49,540 nucleotides of DNA, from the IMG/VR virus record IMGVR_UViG_3300033406_000008, positions 1 to 49,540 of that record; one strand, given 5' to 3'. A model generated the notes under the pieces. That model was not told where the DNA came from and did no database searches. It saw only the letters and a program-made list of their open reading frames with translations. Below, one piece after another: positions 1 through 7,607 of this stretch (the first letter of the stretch is position 1; the number at the start of each line of letters is the position of its first letter). Both the position numbers and the translations under genes were made by a program. Source of the DNA: a virus. Lineage: Duplodnaviria; Caudoviricetes.

Positions 1-38
1 TCTAGCTGATATCTGGGTGTTTGTCTGGGTATAGCCCC

Positions 39-71
39 AAAAAAGGCTCCGAAGCGAAGTGCTTCGGAGCC
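39..71 (-). terminator. Host intrinsic terminator originally downstream of the tRNA-Ala gene
   Basis: GGCTCCGAAGC/GCTTCGGAGCC 11-bp stem (45-71) followed on the minus strand by T6 (39-44), just beyond the displaced tRNA 3' fragment. Confidence 0.8.
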
Positions 72-80
72 ATGATTTAC

Positions 81-127
81 GTGGTGGAGGTAGTCGGGAT
101 CGAACCGGCGACCTCTTGAATGCCATT
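81..127. repeat. att core, left copy (displaced 3' part of tRNA-Ala)
   Basis: GTGGTGGAGGTAGTCGGGATCGAACCGGCGACCTCTTGAATGCCATT is identical to 49395-49441; identity ends just past the anticodon loop (tRNA nt 31). Confidence 0.97.
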
Positions 128-213
128 TATCGGCAAGCTTTCCAACAGAAAAGAACGGCCCCGAAATCAGCCTATTTTATTGAATCCTTTCATGGCCTAA
201 AAAGATAAAATAC

Positions 214-254
214 GATTAGATAAGAAGAATCGGATTAGAAAATGGATTAGAAAG
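214..254. promoter_or_regulatory. Putative integrase arm-type binding sites
   Basis: GATTAGATAA (214), GATTAGAAAA (233), GATTAGAAAG (245); the same motif with the same 12-bp spacing occurs at 49338 and 49350. Confidence 0.7.
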
Positions 255-284
255 AAAAGACCGCCACCCTTTCGAGTAGCGGTT
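250..284 (-). terminator. Intrinsic terminator ending the terminal accessory module
   Basis: Minus strand ACCGCTACTC-GAAA-GGGTGGCGGT (G-U pairs, GAAA tetraloop) then CTTTTCTTT, right after the stop of 285..827. Confidence 0.75.
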
Positions 285-827
285 TTATCGCCCTTCCCGG
301 CACCCATCACAGTATCGTTGGTTGCGCTCGGTGACGAGAAACTGCTGGAGGCAACGGGGACAGATTTCGACGCGCCCCAGCGGTTTCAATTTTAGTCCCG
401 TTCTACTCCGCCGCCGTTCGGTGCGCTCTTTCAAGTTCCGCAAGTATGACCTCCGCAGCGCATCCGCTACCCTCTCTCTATGCGATAATGCCCACGCCCT
501 GGCGCGCTCAATCATACGCCGATGTCGGACAGGATCGGCTTGCATGCGTAGATGACTTTCGCGTTGTCGGGATTTGCGCTCGATCTCCGCGCATATAGGG
601 CAAAACTTTTGATATCCACCGTTTACGGTGTACGGCTGGCCGCACTTATCGCACAGGTCAGTCGAGCTAATCTTACGGAGAGTGCCAGCACGTTTGCGCT
701 GGTGTTTTTCTCGGTCGCGCTGCCGGATACGTTCGGCGCGGCAGGAAGGGCAAAAGATCGCTCTCGTACCGCCCATAAATTCGGTTTTGCATGTGGAGCA
801 GGTTTTAAGGGAGAGGCGGGGATTCAC
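285..827 (-). CDS. Basic protein with three CxxC-x(12-13)-CxxC zinc-finger modules, probably nucleic-acid binding
   Basis: CSTC..FCPSC, CDKC..FCPIC, CPRC..YCDGC separated by Arg-rich helices; start overlaps upstream stop. Confidence 0.7.
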   Translation of the reverse strand: MNPRLSLKTCSTCKTEFMGGTRAIFCPSCRAERIRQRDREKHQRKRAGTLRKISSTDLCDKCGQPYTVNGGYQKFCPICAEIERKSRQRESHLRMQADPVRHRRMIERARAWALSHRERVADALRRSYLRNLKERTERRRSRTGLKLKPLGRVEICPRCLQQFLVTERNQRYCDGCREGR

Positions 828-1168
828 AACCCAAAACTCTCGATTACTGCAATCTTTTCAGCAACTGTCCATGAGTTTACTTTCTGGGCCAACGCTTTTA
901 ATTCGGCAAGCGGAGCTGCGCCGGTATCAATAACTCTGTCACCCATGTATCGGATCGAGGTTGGATCCGCGTTTGCGCCGAGAACACCTAGTATCATTTT
1001 TTCACTGTCAGTAAGTTCCGGCACTGGTGTTAATTTAATCAACGCGCCATACCGTTCAACAATATCGCCAAGTCGGCGCGAAAATTGCCCGTCGCGTCCT
1101 TTCCCTTCGCTTTTTTTTGCCAAATCTTCAAGCGGTGGATTCATCCAGATTGTTTTTCGTCCCATCAT
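824..1168 (-). CDS. Hypothetical protein, possible N-terminal ribbon-helix-helix DNA-binding domain
   Basis: SD GGAGG before ATG; RKTIWM strand followed by two amphipathic helices (SRRLGDIVERY). Confidence 0.6.
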   Translation of the reverse strand: MMGRKTIWMNPPLEDLAKKSEGKGRDGQFSRRLGDIVERYGALIKLTPVPELTDSEKMILGVLGANADPTSIRYMGDRVIDTGAAPLAELKALAQKVNSWTVAEKIAVIESFGL

Positions 1169-1782
1169 TACGCCTCCCATGCTTCAGAAAATTCTTTATC
1201 GGCAAACATTTCAGCCAGTCCGGTGATTTGCTTTAGTCTCAAAACCTCGTCCGGCTCCATCCCTAGTTCTCGGGCAATCTTTTCTTCGCTCCAATTTCTC
1301 TTTGATAAATCCTGCACCAGGGCGCTCATGCCGTCCACGGTATGTTTACCCCGCGCCCGATTATGCCTGATTGTGCTGGCCATCCTGTCAGACTTATCCT
1401 CGCGGTCTGGGTTGATAGTTGTGATCGGTAAATACCCCTTGATGCGCTCTCTGATGTCGGCACACTCGCGACCAACCCGATTGCGATGGAATCCATCAAC
1501 AACCTCATAGTGACCGTTTTCGCCGCATGCAACGATAGGCTGGGTGTATCCATCTTCGCGGATCGATAACTGCAGCAGTTTCATCTCTGGCGGAGCGACC
1601 GTGTTGGGGTTGTAGTCGTTGGCCACCACCTCATCTGCCAATACCCATTGGATACAGTCAACCGGCTCTCCAGCAAACGGGCTGATCTTATGCAGCTCGC
1701 GCCGCACCAGATTCAGCGCCTCAATTTTATCTTTGTCGGCCATGCCGATAATCTCACTGATCAATTGTTTTAGAGCTTCCAC
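1168..1782 (-). CDS. ibrB: IbrB-like ParB/Sulfiredoxin-domain protein
   Basis: ANDYNPN, SIREDGYTQPIV, VVDGFHR, STIRHNRARGKH and C-terminal HTH; directly downstream of the IbrA-like gene. Confidence 0.88.
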   Translation of the reverse strand: MEALKQLISEIIGMADKDKIEALNLVRRELHKISPFAGEPVDCIQWVLADEVVANDYNPNTVAPPEMKLLQLSIREDGYTQPIVACGENGHYEVVDGFHRNRVGRECADIRERIKGYLPITTINPDREDKSDRMASTIRHNRARGKHTVDGMSALVQDLSKRNWSEEKIARELGMEPDEVLRLKQITGLAEMFADKEFSEAWEA

Positions 1783-2969
1783 TGTTGCCGCCTCCGTTTC
1801 ATGATTTTTTTATATTTTTCATATGCCTCAGATTTTGTCTGTGTGAACGACAATCCTTTGCACCAATAATCATTGCGCAGAAGCGTTTTACAAATCCGCC
1901 GCCATGATGGAACGTCTTTTGCAGCCTCATCTTTGGACGGAGCCTCATCTGGAATCCCACGTGGGTAACCTCGCTCCTCATACCAATGCAAAAATACCGC
2001 GATTTTGTTGCGAAAATGCTCCTGCGTCAGCCCCGGCATACTCTCCAAAAGCATCATGGCGAATGATTCCCACGTGTGCCCGGGAGGCTTCGCAATTTTT
2101 ATGCGTCCCAGAATATTACCAGATTCCTGTGCATAGAGAGCGCCACCATTTGCTCCGTTGACTCTGGCGACAACCTTGGCCCATGTATCCGGCTCAATTA
2201 AGTGGAATAGCCACAGCCCCTTGCGCTGATCGTCGCCGTAAGGCTGGCAGATGCGTTGCTGATGGATTGACAACCCTGCCTTGTGCATGTAGTCGTACAG
2301 GTGATTATATGGCTTGCCATGTTTCCCGTTGTAAATCCATATATCTTCCGTTGCCCAGTCATAAATTGGGTAAACATTAAACAGCCCATCTCCGCACCAG
2401 GTAGTATATCTTTTATCGCCAAACATGCTTTTACGTTGGCTGGCTATGGTTCGCCACCGATTTAATGATTCTGCTGTGCGAATTCCAACAAAACAGGCTG
2501 TAGCCTTCCCTTTCCCATACCAGCGACCAAATGCCGGGACAAACTCCTCAAACTCCATGTCGTAATGATAAAAAGGAAAGTAGTTACGATCTGTGATCGC
2601 CATCGATGGAGGTTGCCGAACCCAATCAACATTGTCGCCCCAACAGGTCCATTTGGGCTGATATTGGCTGACGGCATTGCGCAGGGCAATCGGCAAGCAA
2701 ACCCAATACGGGTCGATATAGTCGTGGTATAGGTCATACATGGATTGTATATAATCGATGGTCATTTTATATTGTCCCTCAAGATCGACAAATAGAACTC
2801 CGACTTTGCGGTTGCGGTGAATTGCCTCATCCATGACTAAGTGCAACATAACTGATGAATCTTTACCGCCAGAAAATGACACATAAATTTTCGGGAAAGT
2901 ATCAAATGCCCATGCAACGCGTTGCCTTGATGCAGTTAGGACATTGATTCCGAGTTGTCGTTTAGCCAT
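1770..2969 (-). CDS. ibrA: IbrA-like PAPS-reductase/PP-loop family protein (DUF3440 C-terminus)
   Basis: SFSGGKDS PP-loop, GIRTAESLNRW, YPIYDW, QRICQPYG, PSWRRICKTLLRND. Confidence 0.88.
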   Translation of the reverse strand: MAKRQLGINVLTASRQRVAWAFDTFPKIYVSFSGGKDSSVMLHLVMDEAIHRNRKVGVLFVDLEGQYKMTIDYIQSMYDLYHDYIDPYWVCLPIALRNAVSQYQPKWTCWGDNVDWVRQPPSMAITDRNYFPFYHYDMEFEEFVPAFGRWYGKGKATACFVGIRTAESLNRWRTIASQRKSMFGDKRYTTWCGDGLFNVYPIYDWATEDIWIYNGKHGKPYNHLYDYMHKAGLSIHQQRICQPYGDDQRKGLWLFHLIEPDTWAKVVARVNGANGGALYAQESGNILGRIKIAKPPGHTWESFAMMLLESMPGLTQEHFRNKIAVFLHWYEERGYPRGIPDEAPSKDEAAKDVPSWRRICKTLLRNDYWCKGLSFTQTKSEAYEKYKKIMKRRRQQWKL

Positions 2970-3310
2970 AGTTCGGCCTCCTCTTTAGTGACGCGCCATA
3001 ATTCCCCTGCCTCAATATAGGCAAAATAACGGTCAGTTTGTTTCCATGATTTTGGGTCGCTGATTTCATAAAGTCCATCGTCCAAAAAATAATGTTTATA
3101 AATACCACGACTGCCAACACTGTTTGAGTTGGTATAATCTTTTTTTCCTTGAACAAATTCACGTTGTATGTATTTGCCGCGAATATATTTAACCTTAGCT
3201 ACCCACGCCCTAGATGGTTGTTTTCCGAATATCATTGCTGCCAGCGCCCCCGATGCACCCCTTACCCCGCCATCATCGCCAATACACTCAAGAGATATGT
3301 GATATACCAC
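2936..3310 (-). CDS. Hypothetical protein coupled to ibrA-like gene
   Basis: Open frame overlapping the ibrA start; GTG start preceded by GGGAG. Confidence 0.7.
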   Translation of the reverse strand: MVYHISLECIGDDGGVRGASGALAAMIFGKQPSRAWVAKVKYIRGKYIQREFVQGKKDYTNSNSVGSRGIYKHYFLDDGLYEISDPKSWKQTDRYFAYIEAGELWRVTKEEAELWLNDNSESMS

Positions 3311-3321
3311 GCAATCATCTC

Positions 3322-3351
3322 CCAAAGACAAAAGGGCCGAAGCCCTTTTGC
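3322..3351 (-). terminator. Terminator-like hairpin inside the terminal module
   Basis: Minus strand CAAAAGGGC-TTCG-GCCCTTTTG-TCTTT (UUCG loop). Confidence 0.6.
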
Positions 3352-3352
3352 T

Positions 3353-3667
3353 TTATAGTTCCCATTTAAGTGACGGTTTTGTGTTGATTTCCAATTTTTC
3401 GATTGCCTCTATTTGGTCAGCGCAAGCATTGATTTGCGCTACTATCATCCAAAACTCAATTGTTTCTAAGTGATTCGGATTATTTTCAATTTTGTTTCGC
3501 GTAGCTTGAAGTTCTGCTTCTTTTGCCAGTAAGTTAATTTTGTTCAATACATTTTCTTTGCATTCCGGGCTACACGGCATTTCGCTAAGGGCCTCTTCCG
3601 TGAAAAGGCTATCGAATTCGCCGGGGGTAACTTCTTTGCCACAAAATTTACAAGTTGCCATTTTCAT
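3353..3667 (-). CDS. Hypothetical protein with N-terminal zinc finger (CKFC..CSPEC)
   Basis: ORF with AAGGAG SD, downstream of a predicted promoter. Confidence 0.7.
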   Translation of the reverse strand: MKMATCKFCGKEVTPGEFDSLFTEEALSEMPCSPECKENVLNKINLLAKEAELQATRNKIENNPNHLETIEFWMIVAQINACADQIEAIEKLEINTKPSLKWEL

Positions 3668-3744
3668 TCTCTCCTTGCAGCTGCGCTCATTGCCAGCCGA
3701 CTCAGTTTATTTGGGGTTTGGGCTTTTCCCTCCCCCTTGTCTAT

Positions 3745-3773
3745 AATATATCATATGTACGTACTTATCGCAA
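3745..3773 (-). promoter_or_regulatory. Sigma-A type promoter of the terminal module
   Basis: TTGCGA-N17-TATATT with extended TG; GTACGTAC palindrome (3757-3764) in the spacer. Confidence 0.6.
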
Positions 3774-3821
3774 TACTTATTTACACGTTTATCAATTATT
3801 TTCATATTTATTTTTGGGCAT

Positions 3822-3848
3822 AAAAAAAGCCCCCGCCGAAGCGAGGGC
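3822..3848 (-). terminator. Intrinsic terminator at the end of the late/lysis operon
   Basis: GCCCTCGC-TTCG-GCGGGGGC followed by T7. Confidence 0.85.
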
Positions 3849-3859
3849 CAACCTATGGG

Positions 3860-4513
3860 TTATTTAATCGTCTGCACTTGTGCTGCGATTTTCTTTTTTG
3901 ATTCGGCCTGTTCGGGAATTTGCAGCTTAAGCCAAAAAACAACGTTGTTCCCGTTGCGTAACTCGATCTCCGGCATTACATAAGCAACCTTTCCAAAAAC
4001 CTTTGCCCGTTTGGAGTAGCCAATCGAGTAATCCTTATTGGAGCTTACCCCTGCCGTCCAAAGATGATCCGGGTATGCGTGAATCGCATAGACATTTTGC
4101 TGCACGGTGTCAGTCGGCAAAGGATTTGGCTTTTGCGTCGGGTTCTTCGGATCCGTGACAATCACCATGTCGGATTTGGTTGCCGTGCCGATCTTCGCCG
4201 CCATGCCTTCCCACGCGCTGCCGGTAGTCTGCACTGTTGCCGCAGGAGTATCATCCACCGAGTCGGCAATTTGATGCGCTATTTCTGACGCCTGAGAATG
4301 GCTAAGCGGAACGTGTGCGGTTTGCGCTGCCGTCTGTACCCCGACTGTAATTTGCGCCGCCTGCTGAGTCGTGGCAATCACCGGGACAGACGCCGGATGT
4401 AACCGCTGCCATCCATACCAGCACCCTGCGGCAAGCAGCGCCAGGAGGACGGCGTATATAATGTATTTAGCCCAGCTTGTGGCCGTTTCAAGCCGCAGGG
4501 TAGTATAAGTCAT
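3860..4513 (-). CDS. Membrane-anchored lysis-region protein (possible spanin-like)
   Basis: N-terminal TM helix (YIIYAVLLALLAAGCWYGW), Ala/Thr/Gln linker, C-terminal aromatic beta-strand-like segments. Confidence 0.65.
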   Translation of the reverse strand: MTYTTLRLETATSWAKYIIYAVLLALLAAGCWYGWQRLHPASVPVIATTQQAAQITVGVQTAAQTAHVPLSHSQASEIAHQIADSVDDTPAATVQTTGSAWEGMAAKIGTATKSDMVIVTDPKNPTQKPNPLPTDTVQQNVYAIHAYPDHLWTAGVSSNKDYSIGYSKRAKVFGKVAYVMPEIELRNGNNVVFWLKLQIPEQAESKKKIAAQVQTIK

Positions 4514-4878
4514 TAAATCCAGCCGAAGACTTTGGCACCAATTACGGCAATGGCAACCCATTTACCGGGGCCGGTGACATAGGTTGTCCATTTGTCCCAG
4601 TACGGGGCGAATTTTGCTTTCTTTTCGGACCATTCTTCTGCCGACTTCATTTCGATGTATTTTTTGACCACGGCATAAAATTCCTCAAATTCTTCTTTGG
4701 ACAAATCCCCGAGTTGGTCGGGTGTGAGTTCGGTAAGCACCACGCCGTCAACGACGGTTGTTTCCGCAGTGCTGGCAGCAGTCTCGACAGCAGTATTTTC
4801 AGTGGCAACCGGTGCCGCCGCAGCGGTAGTCTCTCCATCAAACATGGGCAGGGCCATAAACATAAACATTTTTTTCAT
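4513..4878 (-). CDS. Acidic hypothetical protein with C-terminal hydrophobic segment
   Basis: AAAGGTGG SD before ATG at 4878; C-terminal WVAIAVIGAKVFGWI. Confidence 0.65.
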   Translation of the reverse strand: MKKMFMFMALPMFDGETTAAAAPVATENTAVETAASTAETTVVDGVVLTELTPDQLGDLSKEEFEEFYAVVKKYIEMKSAEEWSEKKAKFAPYWDKWTTYVTGPGKWVAIAVIGAKVFGWI

Positions 4879-4957
4879 TGCATTTTCCACCTTTCTTTTT
4901 TGATTGCGAAAAACACGCAAAAGTGTCATTTTACTTTCACGAGTACCTTTGAAAGTA

Positions 4958-5269
4958 TTAATCCCATTCCGGCAGCTCCACCGTCTGCCCAGCAAGTTCA
5001 TGCGTGCAGTCACTGAGATATTGGATTTTCCCGTCCGTTACAAATGAGTGACAGATTGTCGGGAGCAGTTTGATTTTTTCGCCCGCTAATATTCGCGCCT
5101 GCTCATCATCTGTCGGCCATTTTGCGGCGCGTACACGAATTGACGGTGTAATTGTAGGCGAGTCATGGTTGCCGTTATATTGCCACTGGTTGCTTACGCC
5201 ATGCGCACAGCCACACCCAGGGCAACGAAACAGGATGATATCGTTGATGGAGTTGCGTATCTTCGGCAT
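4958..5269 (-). CDS. DUF6527-like small metal-binding protein
   Basis: CPGCGCAH, PTITPSI, CHSFVTDGKIQYLSDCTH pattern. Confidence 0.65.
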   Translation of the reverse strand: MPKIRNSINDIILFRCPGCGCAHGVSNQWQYNGNHDSPTITPSIRVRAAKWPTDDEQARILAGEKIKLLPTICHSFVTDGKIQYLSDCTHELAGQTVELPEWD

Positions 5270-5270
5270 T

Positions 5271-5639
5271 TCATTCCCGCTGAGTCTGGTTTTTCGGTTC
5301 TCCCTGAAACACCGACGTTTTTACATGCACTTCAATCGGACACTTCGGGTAAGGAGCATGTACCACATAATCAAAAACAGCGCCCCTGTAGAGCGGCTGC
5401 ACTAGATAAAATCTCTGTATTGTATACGGGCTGCACCCGCTGCCAAAAAACAGCCAACGCCGGTACCCTTCCTTCTCGACCTCAACGCTGCCCCAACTGT
5501 CGAATGACACAACGCGAACATCATTAACAACAACTTTCGGCGGCCCTTCTCCGACCGCGCAGCCAGCCATGACAGCCAGAAGCAGTATCACGCCCAGAAA
5601 CAGCGCGAATAAAAGGCCTTGTTTTTTACGCATAGTCAT
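5271..5639 (-). CDS. Predicted lipoprotein in the lysis module
   Basis: Basic N-terminus, hydrophobic core and lipobox-like MAGC. Confidence 0.65.
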   Translation of the reverse strand: MTMRKKQGLLFALFLGVILLLAVMAGCAVGEGPPKVVVNDVRVVSFDSWGSVEVEKEGYRRWLFFGSGCSPYTIQRFYLVQPLYRGAVFDYVVHAPYPKCPIEVHVKTSVFQGEPKNQTQRE

Positions 5640-6205
5640 TCCCTCCGGTCGTACCTGGTCAGATCATAGTCCCGTATAATGCGCAGCACCCCGTTAGCAT
5701 AGGCTTCTGTATTGTCGGTCGCATATTTGGGAGCAATGGACCAGATAAACGCCTCGACGCTCGATGTGTCTTTGTTTGCATATGCAGGATTGTTTGTAAT
5801 GTTTTCGGCATAATCCTCGAAGCACTCAGCCAGGCTGTCATAGACTTGAAATTTTCGTGGTACATATTCCCGCGTCGGCCCCCAGCCCTCCGGCGTAAGC
5901 TTGACGAAATACTCCCCATAGTGCCACTTTTTTCCGAGGACATTGTTATATTGACGGACCTGGTTCCCGTCGATGTCCAGATCATCGAGGTGCTGGCCGA
6001 ACCCGGTTTCGCGGCAACTCTGCGCAATAGCTACCGAGGGAGGATAACCGTAGTCCGCGACTACGGCGGCATACGGGGCAATAGTGTCGATGTATGATGC
6101 GGGTGAAGCAAAGGCGGGCGGGCTTAACAACATCAGCAGGACAAACATCCCTACGATAATTGGCGGACCCCATATAACATTTTTGGCTTTGATGATTTTT
6201 TTCAT
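5636..6205 (-). CDS. Glucosaminidase (GH73/FlgJ-like) peptidoglycan hydrolase with signal peptide
   Basis: PSVAIAQSCRETGFG, NNVLGKK, FQVYDS, YATD motifs; N-terminal MKKIIK..hydrophobic..PAFA. Confidence 0.85.
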   Translation of the reverse strand: MKKIIKAKNVIWGPPIIVGMFVLLMLLSPPAFASPASYIDTIAPYAAVVADYGYPPSVAIAQSCRETGFGQHLDDLDIDGNQVRQYNNVLGKKWHYGEYFVKLTPEGWGPTREYVPRKFQVYDSLAECFEDYAENITNNPAYANKDTSSVEAFIWSIAPKYATDNTEAYANGVLRIIRDYDLTRYDRRE

Positions 6206-6738
6206 GCCGCCTGCCCCCATCCCTGCGAATCACTGAACGCTTGAGCAGCAGCCCGCAGCATATCGCCGCCAGTTCCTGGAGCTTCTCCGTTTCGCAAAAA
6301 CCAAAGATCCCACCGAGTTTCCGGATCTCCGCTACCGGGACCATATCCATCGATAGTTGCCATTTCTTCGTGTGTCGGCGCGTGCTCCTTATCAATTGGC
6401 CACTGCATACCCGAACAAATAGCCGCAATAATTTGGGCTTGTCGCTCAATTTGTATTTCCGTTGGCGGTTCCGGTCCGAGGTCGCTACTATTGCCCTTAT
6501 AGCAGGCGCAAATAGCAGCGCCAATGGAATCGGAATTTCTGTGCCAGCAGTGCGCTTCCACGTCGGCTAATATCAGGTTTGGCATTTCAATAGTCCCGTC
6601 ACCAAGATTATTAATATCGTAATCCTCGAATGGCTGGTCGTAATGTCCTGCCGACCAATGGCTGATGATCCGCACTAAGCCGCTATTCCGCTCCGCTGCG
6701 GCCAGTTGGCGAAGTTCTTCCAATGTTACTACTTGCAT
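6202..6738 (-). CDS. Endolysin, N-acetylmuramoyl-L-alanine amidase (Amidase_2-like)
   Basis: IISHWSAG, AHCWHRNSDSIG, PTHEE and RWDL motifs; follows the holin. Confidence 0.82.
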   Translation of the reverse strand: MQVVTLEELRQLAAAERNSGLVRIISHWSAGHYDQPFEDYDINNLGDGTIEMPNLILADVEAHCWHRNSDSIGAAICACYKGNSSDLGPEPPTEIQIERQAQIIAAICSGMQWPIDKEHAPTHEEMATIDGYGPGSGDPETRWDLWFLRNGEAPGTGGDMLRAAAQAFSDSQGWGQAA

Positions 6739-6997
6739 CTATGCCACCTCCACATTGATAATTCGGGGAATGACCCGGTAAAGTATTAAATTTGGAATCC
6801 GTATAATACTTAGCCAATATTGCCACTGACCCACTGGCAAGTGCTGCAATTCCGCTCCAGACCGAATTAAGTTCGAACTTGAACCCGGCAAGCGCATTGA
6901 GAAAATACCCGAGCAGCCAGCATAAAAAAAGAACCATGACCATAATGATCACGATTCCTGCCCAGTTTTCGCAAATTACGCGAAGGAGTTTATTCAT
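6683..6997 (-). CDS. Holin-like protein
   Basis: Two hydrophobic segments, immediately upstream of the amidase. Confidence 0.7.
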   Translation of the reverse strand: MNKLLRVICENWAGIVIIMVMVLFLCWLLGYFLNALAGFKFELNSVWSGIAALASGSVAILAKYYTDSKFNTLPGHSPNYQCGGGIDASSNIGRTSPTGRSGAE

Positions 6998-7001
6998 TTA
7001 A

Positions 7002-7202
7002 TCACTTCCAATAGTGCTGGATAATCGCCTGCCCAACCAGTACAACCGCTCCCGTGATCAACCCTGTACGCGCCGCCGATTGCCACACAGCCCTTTCAAG
7101 ATCCCTAAGACGTGGAAACAGCTCGTCATCTTGGTTTTTCTCTAGTATCTTTATTCGTGTTTCATGCGCGCTATGATCCATGCACTGTTCTCTTTCCGCC
7201 AC
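7002..7202 (-). CDS. XhlA-like small membrane protein (lysis accessory)
   Basis: N-terminal coiled coil (HETRIKILE) plus single C-terminal TM helix. Confidence 0.6.
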   Translation of the reverse strand: MAEREQCMDHSAHETRIKILEKNQDDELFPRLRDLERAVWQSAARTGLITGAVVLVGQAIIQHYWK

Positions 7203-7227
7203 GCTACCGCCCTCCCCACACTAATAA

Positions 7228-7479
7228 TCATTCCCCTGTTTTACGCTTTTCCTGCTGAAAGCCGATCTTTTCGCGATACATCAGCCGGTTTAAATCCCTG
7301 AGTTGATCGTCTGTGTAAGGTATCCCCGACTTTGTTAGTAACTCCGTCAATTTTACCTTTACATCACCGCACTGCACGATGTAAGATCTGCCCTTTTCAC
7401 CATCGTGGCGGCCCCACAAATACAGTGCGCCTCCGCTGCAAATTAACGCTGCTACCACAAGGATGATTATCGGTTTCAT
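7228..7479 (-). CDS. Small protein with N-terminal TM/signal segment
   Basis: MKPIIILVVAALICSGGALYLW. Confidence 0.6.
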   Translation of the reverse strand: MKPIIILVVAALICSGGALYLWGRHDGEKGRSYIVQCGDVKVKLTELLTKSGIPYTDDQLRDLNRLMYREKIGFQQEKRKTGE

Positions 7480-7607
7480 TGGGTCGTGCCGTCCGTCGAT
7501 TTCCCGGAAGTATTACCAGGACAATTAGTATTTGGGCAAAGTTTAGTCACCGGATCAAGGACCTGTCCACACCATTGACATCGTTCGGTATAAACCGTGC
7601 TACTCAT
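7476..7607 (-). CDS. 43-aa zinc-ribbon peptide, not in the ORF track
   Basis: MSSTVYTERCQWCGQVLDPVTKLCPNTNCPG...; AAAGGAG upstream; overlaps both neighbouring genes. Confidence 0.6.
   Translation of the reverse strand: MSSTVYTERCQWCGQVLDPVTKLCPNTNCPGNTSGKSTDGTTQ

Noticed and set aside
81-127. Second tRNA gene at the left end
   Set aside because: Only the 3' 46 nt of the tRNA are present; it is the att duplication
552-1226. Long plus-strand ORFs opposite phage genes (e.g. 552..1226, 20823..21590, 24193..24810, 25640..26500)
   Set aside because: Antisense shadows of well-supported minus-strand genes with no recognisable motifs
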